Shown: piece after piece, positions 1 through 12,400 of the stretch
Layout: each line of letters opens with the position of its first letter
How positions within the stretch are numbered: position 1 is the stretch's first letter
Source of the DNA: Lama guanicoe
Lineage: Eukaryota
DNA: 64,000 nucleotides
Direction of reading: 5' to 3'
NCBI GenBank assembly: GCA_013239625.1
Contig: MU057344.1
Coordinates: forward strand, 808,276-872,275
Notes under the pieces: generated by a model
Seen by the model: only the letters and a program-made list of their open reading frames with translations
Told to the model about the DNA's origin: nothing
Databases searched by the model: none
Position numbers and translations under genes: made by a program

Positions 1-814
1 AGGCTCCCTGCTGTCGTCACCAAAGGCCCGGTGGGAGCTGAGGGACCGGGGAGGGTCCTTCCCACCAGCTGGAAGTGCATTTCCAGGGCATCTGGGGTGG
101 CGCGCGGGGCACAGTGAGGACTCACAGTCCTGTTGGTTTGGTGGGCCTGGCAGTGACGTCCTCAGCACGGCGGGACCTGCGGGCTGGTGAGCCGGTGGTG
201 GCAGGGTGGTTTGTTGGGCACAGGAGTGTCGCGGCAGCACCGGGGTCTGAGGGAGGACCACCTGCTGGCTCCGGGCCGGTGCACAGGCAGCCCAGGGCTG
301 AGAGGAGGGCGGGCAGCAGCACAGAGAGGCTCCGTGACCTCCTGGGGCCCCGCTGCCACCCGCGTGCTCCTTGTGCGGGTGGGTTCTCCTTGCCCTGCCT
401 GCCGCCAGGCGCCTCGTCCAGCCTCTGCGCACATGGAAGTATTGCTGTTGGATTTCTGTCTGCTCAGATCTGTGTGACGCCTTCCCTTCTGGCCGCCCCA
501 AGTGGCAGAAATGCTGTCTCTTATGCTTCAGTCTTAGGTCCATCCAAGACATATGCCAGGGTTGGCCTGGTGTCTGGCTGGACTGTCTCCTCTCTGTCTC
601 CTGTGGCCAGAGCTCCAAGTCTGTGCTCCGCCCCTCTAGCCAGGGACTCGGGGAGCCTGTGGGATGTTCGGCACACAGACCTGGGCCGTGGCCCCCGAGG
701 GCGGGTGGTCACTGTGATGGACAGCAGGGGGCAGGCCTGGGGAGGGACGGCAGGGACTGGGCAATGGGCGGCCAGCCCCTCACCCCGCCCCGATGCCTCA
801 TGGCATGTTTGGGG

Positions 815-1145
815 GTGGGGTAGGTTCCTGGGGCCACACAACCAAAGACCACGAGCTCAGAACAGCCTGGAGGTGGAGCCTGGGGGAGGCTCTGGGGGAG
901 AACGTGTTCCAGCCCTTCTGGTCACAGCTGGTGGCGGCCACCCCACTCCAGCCGCTGCCTCCCTCCATCCTCCACGGCATTTCCCCTCCTGTCTGCCTGT
1001 CTTTCCTCCTCCTCTTACAAGGACGTGTCACTGGATTTAGGGCCATTCAGTTAACCGGACAACCTCCAGACCCTTACTTCATCACATCTGTGAACACCTG
1101 CAGGTTCGGGGGGTGAGAATGTGGACTGTCGGTCGGCTGCATTCA
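815..1145 (-). mobile_element. MaLR solo LTR (MLT1-like)
   Basis: GAGGCTCTGGGGGAGAA, CCTCTTACAAGGAC...GGATTTAGGGCC, CACATCTG. Confidence 0.55.
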
Positions 1146-4100
1146 GGTGAGACCCCCCCGCACTGCGTGGGTGGGGTCTGTCCCCGGGAAACGCCCTCTG
1201 CCCAGGGTTTCCACAGGCCTCTGGTGTGAAGCCTGTGGTGGAGGCCATGTGGATTTGCGGGGAGTCCAGTGCCCTTGCAGCATTTGGGCCGGGGTCCCGT
1301 GCGGAGCTTTGAGAGGTAGGACCCTGTGTCGGACAGTGGATGGTGGATTCGCACCAGGCCCGCCCAGGGGTGCGGGCCCCCCTCGTGACACGGGGTTCCT
1401 GTGAGCCACCTGGGGGCTGTGGTCTGTGTGCGGCCAGTGCGAGTGGTCAGGAACACCGGCTGGGCTTGTGGACAGCTGTGGGTTTGGGAGGCATGTCCGT
1501 AGGGCCTCCGGCAGTGGCAGGCCCAGCACGGCTGAGCGTGGCCAAGACCTTTGCCCGTTTTTCCACGGACACTGGGGCCCTGCTGCCCAGTTGCTGCTGG
1601 CCCACTGCCCTGTCAGCCCCTTCAATGGCCACTGTCCTTGATGTCTGGCCACCCTCCTACCCATGTGATCGGACACCCATCGGCCACTCCTGCCGGCCCC
1701 TCCTCTGTAGGCGCTTTTCCTGGGGACCTGACTCCAGCCTGGGGGGCTGTGGGCCGGGGGGTGATGGACAGCTGGAGCGAGTCCCCCGCTGGGGGGCGGG
1801 ATCACCTTCCTGGAAGGTGCGGCAGCCGTGCGCTGTGTGTCATTTGCCTGCACACGTGAGTGACAGGGGCGTCCCTGGACTGTTTGGTGGGCCGTTTGCT
1901 GGGTTGTTTGGTGGGCTGGCTGGTTTAGGACCGGCCCCCTCCAGCTTGCTCCCTGGGGGAGGCAGCCCACATTCCGAGGGGCGGGCAGCACTGCTCCCCC
2001 TGCAGAGGACCCTGCTTGTTGCCCGGGTGGCCCTTGTGTGGGGTCTGGGGCCAAGCACGGTGTCCAGGACAGCATCCCCAGGGGTGGGAGATTGTACCTG
2101 GGCCAGGACCCTGAGAAACTGGGATCCTCTTCAGCCTTACCCCTCGGGTCTGTGGGGTCTGGAGTTGTAGCCAGGAGGGTGCTTGACCGCTGGCTCTGTC
2201 TGTAGCTCTGTCCCCTGCACAGCCTCTGTGGGCCGCCTGGGCTCCTCACCTGTCAGGAGCCCCAGAAGCTCAGAGGAGTGGTGACGGAGGAGCGGGCTGG
2301 GTCAGGGCTGCTGAGGGACAGCCACGCGCTGCAGGGGCCACGGTGGGTTGCGAGCGGAGGGGCCTCCCTGCCAGGGCTGTGGGAGAGGAGGGGATCACAC
2401 AGGGCCATAGCAGCACCCCCAGACCTGGGCCGCGGCCCTCCGTCCCACTACCTCTCGCTCATCCGCCCACCCGTTGGGCCCAGAGCGGCTGCCCTGACTG
2501 TTCTCTGGCTCTGAAGCTCTGTGTGCCTCGGGACACACGCTGGGCAACTGCCCAGAGGCAGAGCTGGGCAGGGCGGGACCTTGGCTGGGCTGCACCTCTG
2601 GCGGACACCCACCTGGGGCGACCAGGGTGGGCTCCCAGCAGGGGTGCAGCTTCCTGTGCCTCAGTCTCCCCTGCTTGCCCCGGGTGCGCACTGAAGAGTT
2701 CAGAAGGGCCCCGGGAACGGGCTGAGGGCCCAGGGAGCCCAGCTCGCCGCCTCCCCGGCCCCGCTGGCCGATCAGGTGGGAGGTCGGTGCCCCAGCAGGT
2801 GCTGAAGGCCACCCAGCGTCCTCAAAGTGGGTGGGGGCCCGTGGTCGACTGGGTGATGGAGCAGGCACCGTGGGCTGATTACTGCAGAGTCCCCCCAAGG
2901 TCCCTGGTGCCCCTCATTCCCTGGTTCTCGTGTGTGTTGTTTTATTACAAATCCAGCCATGTTCTGTTTTGTCTCAGATTATTTGCAACAAAAGCTACTT
3001 TTCCACCTAAAACATGCTTCCAGTAAAAAAAATCAGCCGTCTTCAAGTTTAGCCTGAGTTTTCTAGGGGCCTGAAGAGCTGGATGTTTCGGGACAGGTTG
3101 CAGGAGAGACATGGGCCGTGGGCAACAGCCGTGACGCAAAGCTGCTCGCACACGAAGCTTCTCTGGGACTCGGGCTGACTCTGCACTCATCGCGGAAGCC
3201 CGCTGTGGGCACGGCGGCCCCGGGGTGCCAGGGGTCCGCAGTCTCTGGGTGGGCACACCTCTCCTGCGAAGACCAGACGGCGAGGGCCTGGGCTGTCTGG
3301 GCTGTCTGGGCTCGGCCGCAGCTGCTCAGCTGCTGCCATCATGGGAAACCAGCTGAGGCAGAAACGTTCCGTACAGACTCGTCCACGTTCACGTGTCTTG
3401 AAGGCCTGGGATTTAGATTTTTGTCAGCCCAGCGGGAAAGCCACCCCTAGCTTGTCATTCGCCAGCCTTATTTCCGGTGGAGGAGATCTGGGGACCTTCC
3501 ACTCCAGTGGTGTGTCTGGTGCTGTGTTCGTGGTTTTCATGTGTTACGAGACGCCCTACCTGGCCGGCTGGTCAGCCAGGGGTCAGAGAAGCTCCAGAGT
3601 GACTCCAGTCCATCGCTAGTGAAGGAGCTGGAGCTCGAACCCAGAGCCCTGGCCCGGACTCTGTGGTGGACGCGAATGAGCGTGAGCCTGACACTGCTTG
3701 TAACCTGGCGGCAGGTTTGAGCTGGGACACTTGCCTTTCCCAGCATGTGCGCCAGCTGGGGGTGGTGTGGAGGGTGGGGAGAAGTTCCTGATCCTTCCTG
3801 GCCCCCAGCCTGGAGCCAGCCATGTAGGGTTGGCACGAGCACCGGGGCTCGGGGAAACTGGCCCAGGCCGGTGACCTTGGAATTGGAGGGAAATGGCTCA
3901 GCGCTCACCTTCCACCGGTGAGACCTGGATGCTGAGTTTTGAGGGGTCGAGGGTCTGCCCTGGCCAGTGTCGGCAGGACACAGGCCATGTGTCGGGGAGC
4001 CTTAGGCTGGGACAGGTGCGATTCCAGGCCAGTCACTCGATGCTCACCTCCCTGTGTGTGGTGCCCCCGGGAGCTCTGTTCCCCCATTTCTGCCCCCTCC

Positions 4101-4339
4101 CCCAAACAGCCGCCACGCAGAACCACCACATGACCCAGGGCTCGGCTCGAGGACCTGACCCACAGTGTCTCTCCATCCCACCCCTCCAGCCACAGTGCCC
4201 AGGGCTCAGGGCCTGAGCATTTGGGCCGGACCCGTTGTTGGCCTCTGTGGACACGGGTCGGAGGTCGCCCGCACTCTGGTGGCCGCTGTGTCCCCGTGTC
4301 CTGGCTGGCGAGCCCGATCTGGCGAACCCAGGCCGGCTG

Positions 4340-4533
4340 GGCTCTGTCTTTGAAAGACAGACACTGGCTTTGAAAGGCTCTGGGGGGCCGAGCCATGGCC
4401 CTGCCTTCCCTCTCAGGACCGTCTCAGCACAGAGACGCTTGTTGTCCTGTGACGTCAGCTCCTCGACATCCAGGCCGTGTTTTAGTTGGTGCCTCAGCTG
4501 CTGGCTCCAGCTTCCCAGGGGAGCCGGGTACCA
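4340..4533 (+). promoter_or_regulatory. PRKCZ: Internal (intron 4) promoter of the PKM-zeta transcript
   Basis: Perfect CRE TGACGTCA at 4450-4457 and two CTTTGAAAG motifs (4348-4356, 4368-4376) directly upstream of a segment matching my recollection of the PKM-zeta first exon. A CRE in this promoter is established in rodents and human. Confidence 0.8.
4450..4457. promoter_or_regulatory. Palindromic cAMP response element (CRE)
   Basis: Exact TGACGTCA about 80 bp upstream of the inferred exon 1' start. Confidence 0.85.
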
Positions 4534-4745
4534 CCCGGGCCTGGAGACATGAGGAGGCAGGGATGGGAGAGGCGGGGGACGGGCCGGCCAGCCTTCCTTT
4601 AAATATCTGAGCCCACCCTGCCTATTGTCGGGGTCCGGGGAGCAAGGGGCAGCGTTGGCGCATTGGAGGAAGGAGAATGCCTCCTTCCACGCCTGCCGCT
4701 CCGTAGAGCATAAAGAGCCTGAGCTGAGGAGGCAGGAGAAAGCCC
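4534..4745 (+). other. PRKCZ: Non-coding alternative first exon (exon 1') of PKM-zeta mRNA; 5' end approximate
   Basis: CCCGGGCCTGGAGACATGAGGAGGCAGGGATG...CCTTCC.TTAAATATCTG...CCCTGCCTATTGTCGGGG...AGAGCATAAAGA...CTGAGGAGGCAGGAGAAAGCC resembles the human/rodent PKM-zeta 5' UTR (from memory). Consensus donor GTGAGT at 4746-4751. No ATG in the kinase frame. Confidence 0.85.
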
Positions 4746-7530
4746 GTGAGTAATGCCCGTCGCCCGTGCCTTCTCTGCACAGGCTGTGTGCGGTCAGCGG
4801 CCGAGGCCGCAGAGTCCGCATCTCGGCTGGCCTGGCGGCCTGGCCCGCAGCCTCCCCCCTGCAGGGATGCTCCGAGCACAGGCGTGCGGGGGCCGCTGGC
4901 CCCAGGCAGGGTTGTGGCTGCAGCAGCTCCAGCCGCGCGGGGGGGAGGGGGGCAGTGCTGAGGGGCTCTTGTTTCCGAGGGGGCAGGTTTTAGAAACAAG
5001 CCCCAGGGGAGCACACCCGGCGAGCGAGGTGCTGACGCGGGGGTGGGGAGGGGACGTACCCCCTAGATCGGGCGTGTGTGGCCGAGGCCTGGCTCAGGAA
5101 GCAGCCTCGTTTCCATCTGACACCCTGGCTGGGGGCCTGCCTGCTGCCTTCTCCGTGGAGGGTCTGAGCGCCGTTGCCGAGCGAGCGTGCGTGTGCGTTG
5201 CTGCCAGGGGAGTGTCGGCAGCACCGCGATGGGGAAGTGTGGAGCCCCTGGCTGGCGGCGGTGGCCCGCACCTGTTTCCCCACACTGAGCTCCGTCCGCA
5301 GAGCGGCTCAGCTCCCGCAGGCCCCTCGTCCTGGCTCGGTCTTTGCGTGGACAGGTTGTATTGAAGTCTGGGGGCACAGCCAGCGCTGATGGGCCGGCTC
5401 CTCCACCCTGGCCTCGGAGGTCGGCGATGAGCGTGGCCCCAGCGGCTGGTTCTCCGTTCTGAGATGGTTGGAGGTAGAGTCAGATGCGCCCGGGGCTGCA
5501 CGTCACTGGTGGGGATGTGGGGATGTGGGTGCTTTTCTGACGTCCATTTTGCAAGGTGTTTTTGTAAAAAACAAAAACAACAGCAGACAGCACCCCCCAG
5601 GCTGGCGGGGAGCCAGGCGGGTGGGCTGCAGGGTGCAGGCTCCCCCTCGTGTGCACGGTGCTGGGGTGGCGGGGAGGCCTTTCCAGACGGAGTGCACCCC
5701 TCCCCCAGGAGCAGAAGGGCCGCTGAAACACTGGCTGCTCTGTAGCCGGCCCGGGTTGCACGGCGACCCGTCTGTTTTTGGACCCTGGAACTGAGAGACG
5801 TGGGGAACGTTGGTGGGGTGTGTGGGAGATGGGGCAGGTGTTGGCTTGCACGTGTGCTGGCCGGGGAGCAGAAATTAGCTGTGTCATAGTTTCTTCGGAA
5901 CTACTTGGCCTCTTTCCTCCTCGCCATCACGCGCTGCCGGTGCAGGGCCGCGGGGACCCTCGGAGGGCAGACACTGCCCCCGGACCGCGGCTTTCCGGCC
6001 TCGGGGCCTCGGCTGGGCTCCGGGGAAGCCGTAAGTGGGGCGGGCTGAGGCGTGCCCCCATCCTGTGTGGATGCTGCCGGTGGGGCTGCGGCACGGTGCA
6101 CCTGCGTCTGCGTCCGGGCAGGTCTGAGCGGCTTCACCGCCTTCCTGCCTTCACGCGCCAGCCGCCAACCGGCCGCCTTCTCAGCATTCCCAGCCCTGGC
6201 GGTTACGTAAGGAGTGTGTGTGCTGTTCACCCAGCCCAGAGCCCGGTAACCTTCCAGCGTTACTTCCACGGCTGCCAGTCGGTCTCACGGAGCAGCCGAG
6301 TGCCCTGGTCAGTCCAGCCTGGGCACTCTGGGTGGAGGCCACCCTCGGCCACCCCCTGGACACTGACTCCCCCCCGTCAGGGTTGTCTGCGGTCCCAGCG
6401 GGGACTCCCTGCTTCAGGAGCACCCCAGACCCCCGTCTTGTTCCCTTGATATCAGTGTGGCCGGGGGGCTGGGTCTCTTCTGACTCCCCAGGACAGCGAA
6501 GCCCACGGAGTTCTTGCCATCTTGGAGCTCAGCTGGCAGGTGGCTGGGGTCCGGCTCCAAACTCCACTGAGGATCCGCAGCCATGGGTAGCAGTTGCTCC
6601 CTTGCTGGCGCCCCGTGCTGGGGGCTGTCCTGCGGAGAGGAGGGGGGCTCGGAACTGCACCCTGCAGAGCCAGGGCCGAGGTGACACCCGGTCAGTCCCT
6701 CTGAGGACAAACCCTCTTTGCAGGTCCCACGCCTCTGGGCTGCATCCTGAGAGTGGAAAGCCTTCCTGTTCCCCGCCTCCCCGCCTCGCGCCCAGGGGCT
6801 GGGCCGTCTTGGTCAATCCCCGCTGCCCTGGGCCTTTGCTCGTGCTGTTCCCGCCGCTCCCGCAGGGTGAGTGGCACTTAAGGCCACCGCTCCACAGGGG
6901 TGGGTGGCATGTCGTGCTCTGGTGGGGTCCCCAGCTCCCGGCCCAGAGCAGGGTGTCCGTCCGTAACAGCTTGTTATTTTGTGGGAGGGGCAGGAACCCC
7001 ATTGTCCACAATGAACTGCCTGAACCAACTGCCACGGAGCGTTTGAGTTGCTCTGTGATGAAGCTGCGGACATCACCGCTCACACAGGAGGGGCCCCGCA
7101 AGGTCCCCGCCGGTGTGTCTGGGCGTGACGGTTTATTTTTAGGGTTATCCTAGAATGTAGAGTAGGCCACCTCATTTACGACGGGCTGCTCTTCGTTGGT
7201 GTCTCGAGGCCAACGCTGGACCCAGCCCGTTCTGCTCCCCCAAGGTGGGCAGACCGTGAGCCGGGGCCCCGTTCCCTCCAGGGGAGGAGCCAGGTCGGGA
7301 GAGGCCCGGGTGCCGGCTTGACGACGAGCCGTCCTTTCTGGGTACTTGTTCCTGAGGTGTGGTGATGGCTGGCGGCGTGGGGGCTGTCTCAGCTCATCTC
7401 AGTCCCTGATCACTGACTGGGGGAGCAAGACCTCGTACACACGACGCTGGTGGCTGGAGGGGACCCTGAATTTGTGCTTAAGTGTTTAATTGGTGGCTTG
7501 AGTGTGTCTGGTCTTTTTAAAGTCTGCCTT

Positions 7531-7716
7531 TTTTTTTTCTAAGCACAGTTTGTCTTTGAGTTGACTTTTTAAAAAATTTTATCTTTTTGTTTATTTGTTT
7601 TGGGGGGTAATTAGGTTTGTTTGTTTACTTACTTATTTAATGGCGGTGCTGGGGACTGAACCCAGGACCTCCTGCTTGCTAGGCACGCGCTCCACCGTTG
7701 AGCTTCATCCTCCCCC
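7531..7716 (-). mobile_element. tRNA-derived SINE (Vic-1-like, camelid)
   Basis: Reverse strand reads GGGGGAGGATGAAGCTCAACGGTGGAGCG...GGTTCAGTCCCCAGCACC (A and B boxes), then CCTAATTACCCCCC and an A-rich tail. AAGTCTGC repeats on both flanks (7520, 7719), a likely TSD. Confidence 0.8.
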
Positions 7717-8759
7717 TGAAGTCTGCTTTCTCAAATGCCTCTTTTAAACGTGGCAAGTTAAAAAAGACTTACTTTACAGCAAGATGGAGCGTCTCCACGT
7801 TGGCTGTGGGAAGGGCCCCAGAGAGCGAGCTGTGGCCGGGGCCCGGGCTGTCCGGTCCACGTGGCCCCATGCCCCCCGCCTGGGCCTCTGTTTCCATCCT
7901 TGTGAAATGGGTTTGTTGGGAAGACGGAGTGAGGCTCATCCTGGTCCGGAAATGCTGGTGTGTGGACTTTGGTCCTGTTCCCCATTTTCACGTCCAGAAT
8001 CTGGGGTTCTGTGTGTTTCTATTTTAAGATGTGAAACAGTCCACGTGGTTTAAGGAGAGGGAACAGGTGTCTCCAGCCTCCCTCCCACCCTTTGACCGGC
8101 TTGCTTTCAACTGCGCGGAACGTGGCTCCTCTGGGCACTTATTTCCAGATTCCCGAGCCGCGCTTACCCAGGGGGCGTTGCTCGTCCCGCTCCGTCTCGG
8201 GGCGCGTCTGCTCGGCTCGCCTCTGCTCTGCGCCCAGGGGGGCTGTGTAATCACCGAGTGTTTGTGTTTCATGGGTTTCATAAGTATTCGCGAGCTGCTC
8301 GGTCCGTTTCCTGTCCTGTGCGACTTCGGGTTTCCCTTGTGGTTAGTATGCGTCTTGATTTTCCTCCTTAGAGTTTTCTAAAGCCCTGTCTCAAATTTGC
8401 CCACAGTCTTCCCGGAGCAGGGGCCGCCCTCCCTGTATGCTGGTGGCACGGCCCTCCCGGTGCCCTCAGGCCCCGCACAGTGGGTCCGGGAACCTCGCAT
8501 CCGTCATCCGCGAGCTCCCCCTCCGCGCTGCTCGGCCAGCTTCCTCCATCCCCAGCCCCTCTGTCCCCTTGGCTTAATGTCCAGTTGAGACCCCTCCAGA
8601 GATGGTGTGAGACAGGGGTGGGGGCCACATCTTTTGAGACCTAGTGGGACACGCGGGCTGGTCTGGCTGGGTATGGAGCCCGCGTTAGGACAGCGCGCAG
8701 TGCCTGGGGACTGGCTGTCGCCCACTCGCTTCCCGCCTGGTCGCTGCTCAGAGGCCCCT

Positions 8760-9480
8760 CACTGTTGTGTGTTTTTGCTCCCCTGGAGGTCTCAGGGTCT
8801 CAGACTCCTCGGTGACGTGCCCGGACGGGGACCTCCCCGGCCCTCGTGCTGGGAGCTCTCGGCAGGAAGCGGGGCTGCGGAGCGGCGGCTCCCGCCCGGC
8901 CGCGCCTTTGCCCGTCGCCTCGCTTCTCGTGCCCTTCCCCGCGGCCCCCGCCGACCCCTCGTGGGCCGGCCCTCTGGTTGTCCGGCCCGCACTGCTTCTG
9001 TCTCGCCTTCTCTTGCTTTTCGTGTCCGAGCCGCCTCCTGGGTTGCTGTCTTGTCCTTACTTTCCTGCTTCCAGGAGCTTTGTGACCCTGAAGGTCCGTC
9101 CCGGCTCAGAGAGTGTCCCGCTCTTGCGCCAGCGGTGGGAGCTCACGCTGCTTCTTCGAGGTTATTAACTGTGGTGCGAGGCCCTGTCTGTCGCACAGAG
9201 GCGTTGCGGGAGCCACCGAGCGCTTGGCTTTAGGTCCACGCGTATGTCGGCCGCCCGTTGCACCGCGGTGGGCACCCGCTATTGTCACCTCCCTTCCGTG
9301 CAGAGAGTGGCGCCCGAGGGATGGGGGAGCAGGCCGTTCCCCCTCACGCAGCAGTACCGGCCCGCTCAGACCCTGGCGGGCGGGGTGGTGGCCGCGGGCA
9401 GGGGAGGGAGGCGCTGCCCGCTGGCCGCGCCCAGCAGGAGCGGCACCCGCGTCCTTGTTCTCAGGCTTCGCTCGGGCCGT
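8760..9480. promoter_or_regulatory. CpG-dense segment (island-like)
   Basis: Visibly very high GC and CpG density; not computed. Confidence 0.4.
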
Positions 9481-12400
9481 CCTTTGGTTCCACCCGGAGT
9501 CTTTTTCTTGGTTTGTTTTGCTGGGAGGTTTCCTCAGCACCCTCGTGACCCTTGGTCATGTGCCCACGTGGACGGCCCGCTGCAGTGTCCCGGGCGCCCT
9601 GTGCCTCTGGCCGAGCCCCTGTCCCACACGCCGCCTCAGGTGAGGCCGGGGTCTCCTTAGAGACGGTGGGCGCCCGCCTCCTGCGCCCAGACCCTCCAGC
9701 TTGTGGCCTGGCGGGACTCGGCCCGGCCCGTCTCCTGCTGACCGTGGCCGCCCGCTTCCCAGGGTCCTGCTTCTCGGTGCTGTTGTGGGTTAATCAGTGT
9801 TTCTCTTCCTTTGACTGTGGTCTTGGAGGGGATGGAGGTAAATGATTGTGTTTGCCTGGACACCCCCTCCAGTGACTCAGGAGAGCTGGTGCTGGGCAAG
9901 GCCTTCCCAGGTGACGCGGGTGAGTGTAGACGGCCGGGCCCGTGTGACCTGGGGTGGAGGCCGAGGGGTGGGTGAGCCCCAGGCAGAGTGGAGGCCGAGG
10001 CGGGCGGAGCTGGGGCACCTGCAGGCGCTCCCCAGCCCTGGCCTCTGTGTGATTCAGCAGCCTCTGTGTTCAGAACAGTTCTGCTTCACAGGAAACAGAG
10101 AAGGCGGCACGGGACCCAGCAGTTCCCGGACGTCCGTTACGTTAACGGTCCCGCGCCGGCACAGTTCCGTGAGCTCAGTCCCCCTCCCTCGGATTTCCAT
10201 TCTTTCCCGTCACGTCCTCTTCCCACCCAGGACCCCAAGGGACGTTCCGTCGGCACGTGTCCTCGGGCTCCTCTGGCTGAGACGTCCCTTGTTTTGTGAC
10301 CTGGGCGTTTTGCAGGAGTGCCGGCCACTTGTCTGTGGAACGTGCTCTGACGTGGTTTGTCTGAGGTTCTTCCTGGGGCTGGACCGGGGCAGGGGTTTGG
10401 GGAGGAAGCCCGGAGCTGCAGCCCCTCCCATCACGCCGGGCCGGGCTCCTGCTGTCGTCTCCTGCTGTCGCCTGCTGTCACCTGCTCTCACGGGGTGCAG
10501 CCTTGCTCCCCTGGCGTCCTCCCGCAGAGTGCCCCTCCCCTCCCTCCATCCTGTCCTCTTGGGAAGGACGTCACACAGCCCACCACGCGGGGAACTTCCT
10601 GTCTGAGGGCGGCTGTCCTCTGTCTCTTTCTCTCCGTGTCGGGCTGGGCCCGCCTGCACCAGGGTCAGCGTCCACTACAGCTGTTGCTGCCCCTGTGGCT
10701 CCGGCTCTGCCCGCTGGGGGCTCTTCCGGGGGGCCTGGGGGCGTGGGGGCCGGAGCCCGGCTATCAGCGGCGGTGCTGGGCAGTCGAGTGGGAGCCCCTG
10801 TTGGGGGTGAGGCGGGGGTCTCTGCCCCCACCAGGTGCTCCACCCAGCCAGGCAGGAGGGGGAGCTTGAGGCGGGGCATGGACCCCCACGAGCCCAGCCT
10901 GGACACAGGCCCTCCCTCCGTCCCGTCTCCTGGCAGCTCTGGGGACATGGGTGCTTTTGCATAGAGGAGAGAGGACGGCGGAGGCGGGGGCGCGGAATTC
11001 CAGAGCCTCCGTCACCTTTATAGCAGTGCAGCACCCGCCTTCGGGCGCCAGGTCTCTGCGGGCGCCTCCCCTCCGGCTGTCATCCCTGAAGTGGCCGTGT
11101 TAACACAGGCTCGGCCCGGCCCTCCTGGTCCTGTCCATCTCTGGCTCAGAGGCCGCGGAGCTGCCCTGGCCAGCCTGACCCAGAGCATCTGGCGGTGGTT
11201 CTGGTCCCACCAAGAGGCAGGCTGGCAGCCCCCGGCTCCCACGCACCTGCCCTTGGCGCCCCTGCTCTGGCGCCGTGTCCAGGGAGGGGCCCTGTGTGGC
11301 CAGGGGATGGAGCCGGCCCGCCGCGTCTTCCCGGGAGCAGGTCTGCCGGCGCTTCGTCCACTGTGGCCAGTGAGGGGGGCGAGTCCTTTCAGAGGCTGTC
11401 ACCGCGGCCGACCGCGCGGCTTGTGAGTTTGCTTCATTAACTCGGTGTCTGGGTTGGAAGTGGCCTCGGCACGCACCCTCGAGGGGCAGGAGGCTCTGGT
11501 GGGCACCGTTGCTGCTCTCCCGGGTGTGAGTGCTCCCACCTGGCTGCCCTGGGCTCGCGGCCCCTGGGAAGTGGTCAGTGCCCCGCGTTCCGTGCAGCCT
11601 CCACAGGTGCGGAGAGCGGTGAGAGGTCGGACGCTCCCCGGTGCTGTCGGGAGCTAGCTGCACGTGCGGTTCCCCGCGAGGGCCTCAGGGACTCCGTCCG
11701 CAAGTGGAGGTGGGATGTCGGGGCAGACCCCACAGGCAGGACAGGTTTCACGGGTGGGCTGTCTGCACCCGTGAGCCTCCTGCTGGCCGTCTCCCCCCTC
11801 CCTGTGATTCCACAGGTGGGCGGGGGTCCTCTGTTGCTGAGCAAGGAGTATGGGGAGGGAGCCGAGTGTTCAGGGGCTCCTTGGTGTGTCTGGACCAGCT
11901 CAGGGTGGGCACTGTGGCACTGTGGGGAACAGTGTGGCAGGACGGCAGGAACAGACTTACAGGGAGTGGTGCGCTCAGAGTCATGGGAGGGTGAAGGCTG
12001 GATGGTGTCAGGAGAGGCACCCGGGGTCTGCTGCAACCCTTAGCTTTTATGTCATGAATTGTACTTTCTTGGATGGTGTTTTGTTCCAACAAAAATTTAT
12101 CAGTAGCTTCTTCAACATCTTATGTACTTTTTGCTGGGAAGACAAGACCCAGGCTGCAGGCTCCCAGCTTCCCAGTGTCTGTCAGTCATGCTGCACGCTG
12201 GCCAACGCGGGAGCCGGGGCTCCGAGGGGGACTGTGCTGGGTCTCACCTGGGACCCCAGGCTGGCCAGCGACAGCCACACGCACAGCCCAGCTCTTGCCA
12301 AACCAGGCCCTTGTTTATTGCATTAAAAAAAAAGTCCTTTCTTATCTGAGGGTGCCTCTCCGAGCCAGTGCTATCCAGTGGTTTTGCCTCAACCCCGGGC

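Noticed and set aside
8163-8180. Possible CTCF site (CCCAGGGGGCG)
   Set aside because: The 5' half mismatches the consensus; such partial matches are common at this GC content.
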